From NCBI GenBank assembly GCA_029269845.2, contig CP149973.1, forward strand, positions 720,001 through 752,000: 32,000 bases of DNA, in the 5' to 3' direction. The DNA is from Opitutia bacterium KCR 482. Lineage in GTDB: Bacteria > Verrucomicrobiota > Verrucomicrobiia > Opitutales > Intestinicryptomonadaceae. This document shows, piece after piece, positions 1 through 7,492 of the stretch. Numbering within the stretch: the stretch's first letter is position 1; each line of letters opens with the position of its first letter. A model generated the notes under the pieces. It was not told the origin of the DNA, searched no databases, and saw nothing but the letters and a program-made list of their open reading frames with translations. The position numbers and the translations under genes were made by a program.

Positions 1-969
1 GTCGATTCTTATGCTTTTGATTGCTCCGGCGTTTTCCTTAAACACGAATTTTGTGAAGTAAAGCACTCCGCCGTTCTTGCCCCCCCCGAAAACGGGAATG
101 CACTTGGAGTTAAATTTTGTAGTGCCGGCGGAGTCGCCGAAATCCCTGTCTTTGCGAATCCAGAAATGCTCCGACCCGCCGTTTTCGAAAGAAACGAGCA
201 TGCTTGCGCAGGCGTGGTCGGTATACTTCAAGTCGTTCGAGACCGCGCCCAAAACGTAGACGTATTTGCCGCGAATACCTTTGCCCGACAAATCGGCTTT
301 CAGCGGCGTCGATACAGAAACAGCCGCCGCGCGGTTGACGCCCGACTTCGGGAAATCGTACTTCATTCCGCCAAGCTCTACAACTCCCTCGGGGAGGTTT
401 TTATACGCCGAAATGCCGCCCTTCGAGCCGTCGGCCGGAATGTTTGCGCATTCGGAAATGTCGACCGTGTACGTGCCGTCCCACTTGGCGGGGACTTTCG
501 CCTCTACCGACACCGACACCGGCACGCCTTTTTTCACACTGATTTTGGCGGGTATGCCGCGCGCGTATGTAGCCTCATGCCCGCTTTGCCCCGCAAGCTC
601 GGCTTCGGGCTTGCCGTCGAATGCGAGGTTTCTGAACAGAGTGCGGTTTGAGAGCACCGCGCCGTTTTTGTCGCGCGCAAAATTGCTGCGCAGAAGAATG
701 TTGAGCGTTGCGTCGGAATCGGGCACAACGGTGAAGCCCATTTTACTCCATTCGGAGTCCGACACTTTTTTTGTGGCGGTTATCGTTTTCGGGGCGTCGC
801 TGCGCCAGTTTGCGTGGCCCGCGCCCGTGCCTTTTATCTTGGCGACGACCTTTACGTCGGCGTCCGACCACGAGAAGATTTCCGCAACGTGCGATTTTAC
901 CGCGTCCGCCGCAAACAATGAAGCCGCCGCGAGTGTTGACAATAGTATTATAGGTGTTTTTCCAAACAT
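1..969 (-). CDS. secreted hypothetical protein, C-terminus lies beyond the left window edge
   Basis: Absent from the ORF track because there is no stop codon inside the window. Hand translation of the minus strand from the ATG at 969-967 gives 323 uninterrupted codons down to position 1. It starts MFGKTPIILLSTLAAASLFAADAV (signal-peptide-like) and ends ...KCIPVFGGGKNGGVLYFTKFVFKENAGAIKSIRID. No family motif recognised. Confidence 0.6.
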   Translation of the reverse strand, partial: MFGKTPIILLSTLAAASLFAADAVKSHVAEIFSWSDADVKVVAKIKGTGAGHANWRSDAPKTITATKKVSDSEWSKMGFTVVPDSDATLNILLRSNFARDKNGAVLSNRTLFRNLAFDGKPEAELAGQSGHEATYARGIPAKISVKKGVPVSVSVEAKVPAKWDGTYTVDISECANIPADGSKGGISAYKNLPEGVVELGGMKYDFPKSGVNRAAAVSVSTPLKADLSGKGIRGKYVYVLGAVSNDLKYTDHACASMLVSFENGGSEHFWIRKDRDFGDSAGTTKFNSKCIPVFGGGKNGGVLYFTKFVFKENAGAIKSIRID

Positions 970-1127
970 AGTAATCCGTGTGTGTGTTAAAGGGTTTGAC
1001 GTTAACCGATTTCCGCCGCGCATGCAAACATTTTTTCCCGCGCTCCCCGCCGATTCTTTCTTTCCGTGAAAATTGTGTTGCGCGAAGCGATTTTGATGTT
1101 TTCATTGTCTTCCGATTTTTAAAATTT

Positions 1128-2702
1128 ATGAACGGAGTAAAAAGACCTGTAATATTAGTAATTAGGGACGGCTGGGGCGAAAACCACGACTCCTCCCTCG
1201 ACAAATACAATGCGGTAAAACTGGCGGACGCGCCGTTTTGCAAAATGCTCTCGAAAAAATGGCCGCGCACCGAAATTTCGGCTTGCGGGCTTGAAGTCGG
1301 TCTCCCCGAAGGAATCATGGGCAACAGCGAAGTCGGACACCAGAACATCGGCGCGGGCAGAATCGTTGACCAGGAAATCGTAAGAATCGACAAGGGCTTC
1401 CAGACTGGCTCGGTGCTCGAAAGCCCCGTACTCAACGAAGTCTTCAAGAAGCTCGACAACGGCGGCGCGCTCCACCTCTTCGGGCTTTGCTCAGACGCCG
1501 GCGTGCACTCGATGCTCCGCCACCTCTACGCGCTCCTTAAAATCTGCGCCGACAAAAAGTACGACAAGGTTTTCCTCCACGCTTTCACCGACGGACGCGA
1601 CACCCCGCCCACGAGCGGACTCGGATTTATCCGCGAAGTCGAAGGCAAGATGAAGGAATACGGCGTCGGACAGGTTGCGTCGGTAATCGGCAGATTCTGG
1701 GCGATGGACAGAGACAAACGCTGGGACAGAGTCGAAAAAGCCTACGACTGCCTCGTCGGGACAAAGGCCGAAGCCGCGGTCTCCAACGCCGAAGACGCGT
1801 TCAAAAACTACTACGAAAAACCCGCCGCCGACAACATGCAGGGCGACGAATTCATCGTCCCCACTTGGATTGAAAAGGACGGAAAGCCCATCGGCAGAAT
1901 CGCCGACGGCGACGCCGTCATATTCTTCAACTTCCGCGGCGACCGCCCGCGCGAGCTTACAAGCGCGTTCATCGACAAAGGCTTCGACGGCTTCGACCGC
2001 TCGAAAACACCGCAGGTCTTCTTTGTTACAATGACCGAATACAAGGTCGGCCTCTGCCCCAACGTGCTCTTCCCCAAGCCGCCCAAAATGGTCAACATTC
2101 TCGGCGACTACGTTTCCTCGAAGGGTCTGGCACAGCTGCGCTGCGCCGAAACCGAAAAGTTCGCGCATGTAACGTTCTTCTTCAACGACTACCGCGAAGA
2201 ACCTTTCAAGGGCGAAGACCGCATTCTCATCGACTCGCCCCGCGACGTGCAGACTTACGACCAAAAGCCCGAAATGAGCGCGCCCGCAGTAGCCGACGCG
2301 GTCGTCAAGGCGATTCGCGAAAATAAATACGCGCTTATCGTCGTAAACTTCGCAAACGGCGACATGGTCGGGCACACCGGCAACCTCAAAGCCGCCGTCA
2401 AAGCGGTCGAAACCGTCGACAAATGCGTGGAAAAAATCGCGCGCGCGGCCGACGAATTCGGAGCGGCTCTCGTCGTCACAGCCGACCACGGCAACAGCGA
2501 CCAGCTCTTCGAACCCGCCATCAACGAAGCGCATACCCGCCACACGATGAACCCCGTGGAAGTTGTAATCTACGGCAAGGGTCTCGAAGGCCTGCTCATG
2601 CGCAAAAGCGGCACGCTCGGCGACATCGCCCCGACCGTACTCCAACTCATGGGTCTCAAAAAACCCGAAGAAATGACAGGTCAATCCCTAATTACCCAAT
2701 AG
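1128..2702 (+). CDS. gpmI: 2,3-bisphosphoglycerate-independent phosphoglycerate mutase
   Basis: Track ORF 978..2702. The plausible start is the internal ATG at 1128 ([19 protein letters not shown]...). Typical iPGAM features are present: RDGWG N-terminus, GNSEVGH, FTDGRDT, ADHGN, about 524 aa. The upstream 50 codons of the track ORF look non-coding. Confidence 0.9.
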   Translation: MNGVKRPVILVIRDGWGENHDSSLDKYNAVKLADAPFCKMLSKKWPRTEISACGLEVGLPEGIMGNSEVGHQNIGAGRIVDQEIVRIDKGFQTGSVLESPVLNEVFKKLDNGGALHLFGLCSDAGVHSMLRHLYALLKICADKKYDKVFLHAFTDGRDTPPTSGLGFIREVEGKMKEYGVGQVASVIGRFWAMDRDKRWDRVEKAYDCLVGTKAEAAVSNAEDAFKNYYEKPAADNMQGDEFIVPTWIEKDGKPIGRIADGDAVIFFNFRGDRPRELTSAFIDKGFDGFDRSKTPQVFFVTMTEYKVGLCPNVLFPKPPKMVNILGDYVSSKGLAQLRCAETEKFAHVTFFFNDYREEPFKGEDRILIDSPRDVQTYDQKPEMSAPAVADAVVKAIRENKYALIVVNFANGDMVGHTGNLKAAVKAVETVDKCVEKIARAADEFGAALVVTADHGNSDQLFEPAINEAHTRHTMNPVEVVIYGKGLEGLLMRKSGTLGDIAPTVLQLMGLKKPEEMTGQSLITQ

Positions 2703-2772
2703 CAGGCTGCAGGCTGCACGGGGCGCGAGGCAGGCTGCAGCCTGCACGGCGACAGAGGGGGCTGCCGCCCCC
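2703..2772. repeat. 19-nt direct repeat, 16-bp perfect palindrome and GC hairpin directly after the gpmI stop
   Basis: caggctgcaggctgcacgg (2703-2721) and caggctgcagcctgcacgg (2731-2749) differ at one position. gcaggctgcagcctgc (2730-2745) is its own reverse complement. gggggc-tgcc-gccccc forms a hairpin at 2757-2772. Confidence 0.6.
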
Positions 2773-2990
2773 AAAAGGCGGTTTTCGCTACCACGAAAAC
2801 TCCCGCCTGTCCCCCCGCTCAAACGCAAGGTGCGCCTCCCTACGGAGCTTCGCTCCTTTCTGTGATTATGCGGCGCGGCTATAACCGCGTCTTTTCCCGT
2901 TTAGTTCGTATTGGCTTCGCCAATTACTGGCGTGGGGAAACAGTTTAGCTTCGCAAGAAACGAGTTTAAATAGACGCGCTTTGCGCGGAT

Positions 2991-3035
2991 AAAATCAAAA
3001 GCGGAAATTCCAAGTTTCGGAATTTCCGCTTTTTT
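2991..3035. terminator. bidirectional intrinsic terminator
   Basis: Perfect stem gcggaaattcc (3001-3011) / ggaatttccgc (3019-3029) with a 7-nt loop. It is preceded by an A-run (2991-3000) and followed by tttttt (3030-3035), so it reads as a stem plus U-tract on both strands. Confidence 0.7.
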
Positions 3036-3048
3036 GTAAACTTTACTT

Positions 3049-3667
3049 TCCTCCCAACGCACTCTAAAAATCTTCGTGCGCCAGCACTCTAATTTTAGGG
3101 GCGTCAAAATGCCGTTCAGGCGGTGGCTTTCTGTAATTTTAGGGGCGTCAAAGTGCCAGTATAAGGGTGGCTTTGCGCGCGGCACAGGGCGCGTGGCGTA
3201 CTTCCGTACGCGAGCGGTCTGGGGCGTGCGCGAAACGCCCTTAGACTGGTGCTTTCACGCCACGTGTGCGTGGCGTACGCGGCTATCCGCAAACACAAGT
3301 CGGCTCGCGAAACGCCCTACCCAACTTTTATCCCAAAGCATTCTAAAAATCTTCGCGCCGTGCGCTGTATTTTTAGGCGCGTCAAAATACTTTCATAAGG
3401 GTGGCTTTCCTGTGCGAACAGGGCGCGTGGCGTACGCGGATACCCCTAAGCTACGGTTGCTATGCGAAACGCCCTACCCAACTTTTCTCCCAGCGCATTC
3501 TAAAATCTTCCGCGCCGTGCGCTCACTTGTTAGGCGCGTCAAAATGCTTTCATAAGGGTGGCTTTCCTGTGCGAACAGGGCGCGTGGCGTACTTATCGTA
3601 CGCGAGCGGTCTGGGCGTACAGGGAAACGCCCTTAGGGAAGTATTTTCACGCGCCGTCTCGCGCCGT
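3049..3667. repeat. imperfect mosaic tandem repeat array (3 units, anchors at 3061, 3340, 3497), non-coding and hairpin-rich
   Basis: The anchor a[ct]tctaaaa(a)tcttc occurs three times. The 63-nt core ttaggcgcgtcaaaat[a/g]ctttcataagggtggctttcctgtgcgaacagggcgcgtggcgtac at 3373-3435 and 3530-3592 is identical at 62/63 positions. A more diverged copy lies at about 3138-3201, with an internal 44-45-bp duplication (taattttaggggcgtcaaa at 3090 and 3134). Alternative tail modules are shared pairwise between units. Confidence 0.8.
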
Positions 3668-4657
3668 CTAAGAGAGCATGCGCGACAGACACTCCTCGCG
3701 GGTTAGCTTGCCCTCGGAGAGGTCGCACAACGCCGTCATAATCGGCAGCTTCACGTGGTAGAGTTTGTCGAACATTCTGCAAATCTGGATTGTCTCCAAG
3801 CCCGCGCAAACCCTGCCGTTGAGCTTTGCCTTCGCCGCCTCCGCGTCAAGCCCGCGCCCAAGCTGTTCGCCCGTTCTGCGGTTGCGCGAATCGGGGCTCA
3901 TGCAGGTCGTCAAAACGTCGCCCAAAATGGCGGATTCTTTTACAAAAGAGTCGCTCCATGCGCCGAGGGACGCCGCCGCCCTGTAAATTTCCTGAAAGCC
4001 GCGCGCCATGACAATCGCCTTTGTGTTTGCGCCAAGCTCCATGCCGTCGCAGAAGCCCGCCGCGAGCGCGACTATGTTTTTGAGAGCCGCCCCGATTTCG
4101 ACGCCCACGACGTCGTCGGTAGGGCGCACGCGGAAGTTCGGCGTGCAGAAAGCCCCGGAGGCGCGGACCGAATCGGCGTGCGAGTCGAGCGCGATTACAG
4201 CCTCCGCGTATTTGTCGAGGGCGACTTCGAAGGCGATGTTCGGACCCATTATCGAGCCGCAGGACGACGCCTGCGGAATCGACTCGCGCAGAATCGCCGA
4301 CGGCCTGCGCCACGTTCCGATTTCGATGCCTTTGCCCGCATTGAGCATGATTGAGCCGTTCGGAATGTATTTTGCGAAATCGCGCGCGGTCGAGGCAAGG
4401 TACTGAATGGGCATTACCCACACGACCATTTCCGCGCCGTCGAGCACTTTCGCGGGGTCGTTGGAAAATTCGACGTTTTCGGGAATTTTGATGTCGGGCA
4501 AAAAGAGCGAGTTTTCGCGCTTTGCCGCCACCGATTCCGCGACCTCTTTTTCGCGCGCCCAAACGGAGACGTTCGGAACGTTTTTCGAAAGGATAATCGA
4601 GAGCGCGCTGCCCCATGCGCCCGCGCCCACCACTGCTACTTTTTTGAATTGTGCCAT
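3668..4657 (-). CDS. gpsA: NAD(P)H-dependent glycerol-3-phosphate dehydrogenase
   Basis: Inside track ORF 3668..5050. The real start is the ATG at 4657 (MAQFKKVAVVGAGAWGSALS..., a Rossmann GxGxxG motif). The rest matches the GpsA pattern (GKGIE, GPNIAFEV, ALKNIVALAAG), 329 aa. The 131 upstream track codons are Arg/Ser-rich and overlap the neighbouring gene region. Confidence 0.9.
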   Translation of the reverse strand: MAQFKKVAVVGAGAWGSALSIILSKNVPNVSVWAREKEVAESVAAKRENSLFLPDIKIPENVEFSNDPAKVLDGAEMVVWVMPIQYLASTARDFAKYIPNGSIMLNAGKGIEIGTWRRPSAILRESIPQASSCGSIMGPNIAFEVALDKYAEAVIALDSHADSVRASGAFCTPNFRVRPTDDVVGVEIGAALKNIVALAAGFCDGMELGANTKAIVMARGFQEIYRAAASLGAWSDSFVKESAILGDVLTTCMSPDSRNRRTGEQLGRGLDAEAAKAKLNGRVCAGLETIQICRMFDKLYHVKLPIMTALCDLSEGKLTREECLSRMLS

Positions 4658-4658
4658 T

Positions 4659-4811
4659 TTAAAAACCGATTTTTTCGACAAGCTCTCCCCCGCCGTTGCG
4701 CAGCTGCCACGCCACCGCGCCGACGAACGCCGCCGAAAGCACGGCGACGTACAGGAATGCGAGCGCGATGTTTGCCGCCCCCGCTTTCGGGTTCTTGATT
4801 TTTTCAAACAT
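4659..4811 (-). CDS. small hypothetical membrane protein (50 aa) translationally coupled to gpsA
   Basis: MFEKIKNPKAGAANIALAFLYVAVLSAAFVGAVAWQLRNGGGELVEKIGF contains one hydrophobic helix. Its stop codon (4661-4659) is 1 nt from the gpsA ATG (4657). It is the terminal part of track ORF 4659..5300, whose upstream part is antisense to the esterase gene. Confidence 0.4.
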   Translation of the reverse strand: MFEKIKNPKAGAANIALAFLYVAVLSAAFVGAVAWQLRNGGGELVEKIGF

Positions 4812-4877
4812 GTGCGGTAGGCTACCACAAAACGCAAACGATTGCAAGAAAACAAAACCGCGCCCCTGCGAATGGGC

Positions 4878-4906
4878 TTGACCTTTTGGGACGGCGAAAG
4901 GAAAAT
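4878..4906 (+). promoter_or_regulatory. candidate sigma70-like promoter for the esterase gene
   Basis: TTGACC (4878-4883), a 17-nt spacer, then GAAAAT (4901-4906). Only 7 nt separate it from the ATG at 4914, which implies a near-leaderless transcript. Pattern match only. Confidence 0.25.
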
Positions 4907-4913
4907 TACGCGC

Positions 4914-6002
4914 ATGGGAAAAATTATATTTACGGCAATTTTGTCCGCGGCGGTAACGCTCTTTGCGGACGGAGGAAAACAGGCAAGCGAGGCAATCGAA
5001 TGGCGCGATATGTCGAAAATCGGGCTTGAAGGCAAGGCGTGGAGCGACACCGAATACCCCTACGGACGCCTGCCGCTGAGGGCGAAAGAAAAGACCACAA
5101 AGGCGGTCTGGAACAACTCGCACTCGTCCACGGGCATGTGCATAAACTTCGAGACGGACTCGCCGAAAATCTGGGTAAAGCGCGAATTTTTGTCGAAACA
5201 GCTCGGCGAATACAACTTCAACGTGTGCGCGTTTTCGGGCTTCGACCTCTACACGAAAGACGCCGGCGGCAAGTTCCGCATGCTCGCAACAACCCCGCAC
5301 AACTCCTCGGAGAAATCGGAATACAGGCTCACGCAGACCGACGGCAAAAAGCGCGTGTACAGGCTCTATCTGCCGCTCAGGAACACGCTTTTGAGCGCGC
5401 AGCTCGGCGTCGAAAAAGGCTCGTATTTCAGGGCTATACCCGCGAGGGAAAAGCCCGTGGTATTTTACGGGTCGTCAATCGTGCACGGGGCGTTTGCGTC
5501 GCACGCGGGGCTTTCGCACCCGTCGCTAATCGGGCGCAGGCTCGACGTGCCGATTGTAAACTTGGGCTTTTCGGGAGCGGCGAAAATGGAGCCTGAAATC
5601 GCCGACCTCCTCGCGGAAATCGACGCCTCGGCGTACGTCATAGACGCGCAGCCGAACATGGGCGCGAAGCTCGTTTCGGAGCGTTGCGAAAAGTTCCTGC
5701 GCCGCCTGCGCAAGCTCCGCCCCGACACTCCGATTTTGCTTGCCGAGCGCGTTGAGCACAACCGCGCGTGGCTGATTCCGCAGGAGGGAAACTACGTCAA
5801 GCAGATGTGGAAAATACAGCGCGGCATCTACGACAGGCTCGTCGCCGAGGGCGAAAAGCGCATGCTCTACATGGAGGGCGAAAACCTTTACGGCGCGGAC
5901 GGCGAAGGCTCTATTGACGGAATCCACCCGAACGACCTCGGCATTATGAACATCGCAAACAGAATGACGCCGATTCTCGAAAAACTCTTGGAAATGAAGT
6001 AG
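4914..6002 (+). CDS. secreted SGNH/GDSL-type esterase with N-terminal GxDLY domain
   Basis: Start at the ATG at 4914 (MGKIIFTAILSAAVTLFADGG, signal-like), inside track ORF 4842..6002. It has a GFDLY motif (GxDLY-type N-domain), FYGSSIVHG (block I Ser) and DGIHPND (DxxH catalytic pair). 362 aa. Confidence 0.8.
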   Translation: MGKIIFTAILSAAVTLFADGGKQASEAIEWRDMSKIGLEGKAWSDTEYPYGRLPLRAKEKTTKAVWNNSHSSTGMCINFETDSPKIWVKREFLSKQLGEYNFNVCAFSGFDLYTKDAGGKFRMLATTPHNSSEKSEYRLTQTDGKKRVYRLYLPLRNTLLSAQLGVEKGSYFRAIPAREKPVVFYGSSIVHGAFASHAGLSHPSLIGRRLDVPIVNLGFSGAAKMEPEIADLLAEIDASAYVIDAQPNMGAKLVSERCEKFLRRLRKLRPDTPILLAERVEHNRAWLIPQEGNYVKQMWKIQRGIYDRLVAEGEKRMLYMEGENLYGADGEGSIDGIHPNDLGIMNIANRMTPILEKLLEMK

Positions 6003-6021
6003 GGAAAATTTACGCGAAAGC

Positions 6022-6063
6022 AAAACGCGCCCGCGCGGGGAAATCCGTCAGGCGCGTTTTTTT
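6022..6063. terminator. bidirectional terminator between convergent esterase and porin genes
   Basis: aaaacgcgcc (6022-6031) pairs with ggcgcgtttt (6051-6060), and the T-run continues to 6063. An alternative GC stem (cgcccgcgc/gcgcgggcg) followed by a T-rich tract exists on the minus strand. Confidence 0.55.
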
Positions 6064-6077
6064 GCGCGGGCGGCGGC

Positions 6078-7394
6078 TCAGAAGAACATCTGGATTTGCA
6101 CAATCACGGCGTCCGACACAGAGCGGGCGTTTCCGCCGAGCGGCTTGTCGAAAAATTCGAAACGCTCCCAGCCGAACGAGTACTTCAAATACTTGCCGTT
6201 GACATACCAGTTTATGCCCGCGTAATAGGCGCAGGCGCGGTCGTACAAGCCCTCCGAATCCATGCCGTAAACGACGTCCTTGCCGCGCACGCCGCGCCCG
6301 TCGGTATCCAGATAGGTGTAGCGCAAAACAGGCTCGAACTCGCCGATTCCGTCGAATTTCAGCAGCTTGTACGCGCCCATGACGTACACGCCCCACGGCA
6401 CTGCGGTCGGCGATTTCGACGTATAGTAGGGTCTGTCGGACGAGCGCGACGCTCCGTATTTTACGCTTGCGAGCATGAATTCGGATTGCAGTTCGAAGTC
6501 GCCGCAGTCGAACAGCAGGTAGGTGTTGATGCCGAAAGTGTCGCCGAAGCCCGACATGGGCGCAGGAAGCGGCGCGGACTCTTCGACGGCGGAAACGATT
6601 TTATCGGCGTACCCGAAATTGGAGACGAAGCGCAGAGACCAGTCTTCGCGCTTGGTTTCGTAGCCTGCGCCGAGCCAGCAGGAAATGCCGTTGTCGTAGC
6701 GGTAGTTGTAGTCGCGCGGCTTCGAATTGGTCAAGCCGAGCGAGTACACAAAGCCGTTCAAGCCGGGAATATCGCCGTTCCAGCGCAGCCCCAAATGCTT
6801 GCCCGCAAAGCCGAGAGCCGAGCCGTAGGCGGTTTTTATGTAGCCGTCGTAGCCGCTGTCGCCGCCGCCGAAGTAGGGGCAGAGAATGGAGCGGTCGATG
6901 CCCTTGATAATCGACGCGCTGTCTATGTCCTCCACGACGAAGTTCACGGCGGAAAAGCCGAACTTGAATTTTCCCGAAATTATATCGCCGTCAAACTCCG
7001 CCGCCCAGTAGAGGGTGTCGAAGGGGCACGCGCTCGGCATTGTCATGCACGCCATCAGCTCGGAATTTTCGGAGGTGTCGATTTTCATTACCGTGCTGAA
7101 CCTGCGGATATTGAAGCGCGACTCGCCCGCAAGCCCCACGACATCGTGCCCGACGTACGAGTAGCGCATGTGGAGAAACCCGTACAGGCGCATGCCCGCA
7201 ACGGAATCGGGAACGTCCAAAATAACTTCCGCCTGCTCCTTTTTTATTTCGAACGCCTCGTCCTCGGTGATGAAGTCCTTTGCGACAAGCGCGTCGAGCA
7301 AAGCCGCGTCGCCGCCCGCCGACGCCGCAAACGCCGCGGGAAACGCGCACAGTGCCGACAAAAACACCACAAGTATCCTCACCGAAAATTTCAT
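6078..7394 (-). CDS. outer-membrane beta-barrel porin-like protein, paralog 1 (possibly OprO/P-like)
   Basis: The track start at 7400 is a TTG; the ATG at 7394 gives MKFSVRILVVFLSALCAFPAAFAAS (signal peptide). The protein is aromatic- and Gly-rich with alternating strands and a C-terminal ...VQIQMFF (terminal Phe typical of OM barrels). By eye it is about 55-60% identical to the adjacent gene. Confidence 0.8.
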   Translation of the reverse strand: MKFSVRILVVFLSALCAFPAAFAASAGGDAALLDALVAKDFITEDEAFEIKKEQAEVILDVPDSVAGMRLYGFLHMRYSYVGHDVVGLAGESRFNIRRFSTVMKIDTSENSELMACMTMPSACPFDTLYWAAEFDGDIISGKFKFGFSAVNFVVEDIDSASIIKGIDRSILCPYFGGGDSGYDGYIKTAYGSALGFAGKHLGLRWNGDIPGLNGFVYSLGLTNSKPRDYNYRYDNGISCWLGAGYETKREDWSLRFVSNFGYADKIVSAVEESAPLPAPMSGFGDTFGINTYLLFDCGDFELQSEFMLASVKYGASRSSDRPYYTSKSPTAVPWGVYVMGAYKLLKFDGIGEFEPVLRYTYLDTDGRGVRGKDVVYGMDSEGLYDRACAYYAGINWYVNGKYLKYSFGWERFEFFDKPLGGNARSVSDAVIVQIQMFF

Positions 7395-7407
7395 GGTCAA
7401 AAATCAG

Positions 7408-7436
7408 ATTTCTATCTTTTTAGCATATAAAGTCAA
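7408..7436 (-). promoter_or_regulatory. candidate promoter for porin paralog 1
   Basis: The minus strand reads TTGACT (7436-7431), a 17-nt spacer, then AGAAAT (7413-7408), with 13 nt to the ATG at 7394. Pattern match only. Confidence 0.3.
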
Positions 7437-7492
7437 CAGCTTTCCAAAATATCCTAAAAAACCACTAAACGCGCAAAGCGGCGGGCTGAATA

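Noticed and set aside
978-1127. N-terminal extensions implied by track ORFs. Examples are gpmI from 978, gpsA from 5050, porin 2 from 9193, murD from 18714, murG from 23097, murC from 24134, ftsQ from 26208, ftsA from 27287, ftsZ from 28611 and nagB from 31550.
   Set aside because: The extensions overlap the preceding gene in another frame or an intergenic region, are compositionally aberrant, and in some cases begin at non-ATG codons. Internal ATGs coincide with conserved N-termini or signal peptides, and with ATGA/TAATG coupling to the upstream stop.
2700-3060. I searched the gap for a housekeeping RNA gene: tRNA T-loop GGTTCGAATCC, RNase P GAGGAAAGTCC, the SRP GGAAGCAGCC-type motif, and tmRNA tag or terminal features.
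   Set aside because: None of the signature motifs is present on either strand. Only generic hairpins were seen.
2901-3185. 94-aa minus-strand ORF in the gpmI-gpsA gap
   Set aside because: It spans the perfect bidirectional terminator hairpin (3001-3029) and part of repeat unit A. Its codon usage is AT-rich and atypical, and it has no motifs.
3529-3535. GTTAGGC matches the integron attC/attI core GTTRRRY within repeat unit C
   Set aside because: Only one of the three units has it; the others read tttaggc and tttaggg. There is no inverse core partner, no intI and no cassette-like ORFs nearby. The match is most likely chance.
3049-3667. CRISPR array interpretation of the repeats
   Set aside because: The conserved units are about 100-160 bp rather than 28-37 bp. 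The sequences between cores are themselves shared between units, so they are not unique spacers. The periods are irregular (279 and 157 bp). No cas genes are present in the window.
3076-3706. ORFs 3076..3555 and 3401..3706 read through the repeat array and yield a repeated peptide, LGASK[CY].[YH]KGGF...TGRVAY, which could suggest a repeat protein.
   Set aside because: Codon choice in the core (tta, tca, ttt, cat, cct, cga, aca) is unlike the GC3-rich usage of neighbouring genes. Copy C is in a different absolute frame. Differences between copies are indels and hairpin-loop changes rather than codon-wise substitutions. There is no start context. A non-coding structured repeat is the better interpretation.
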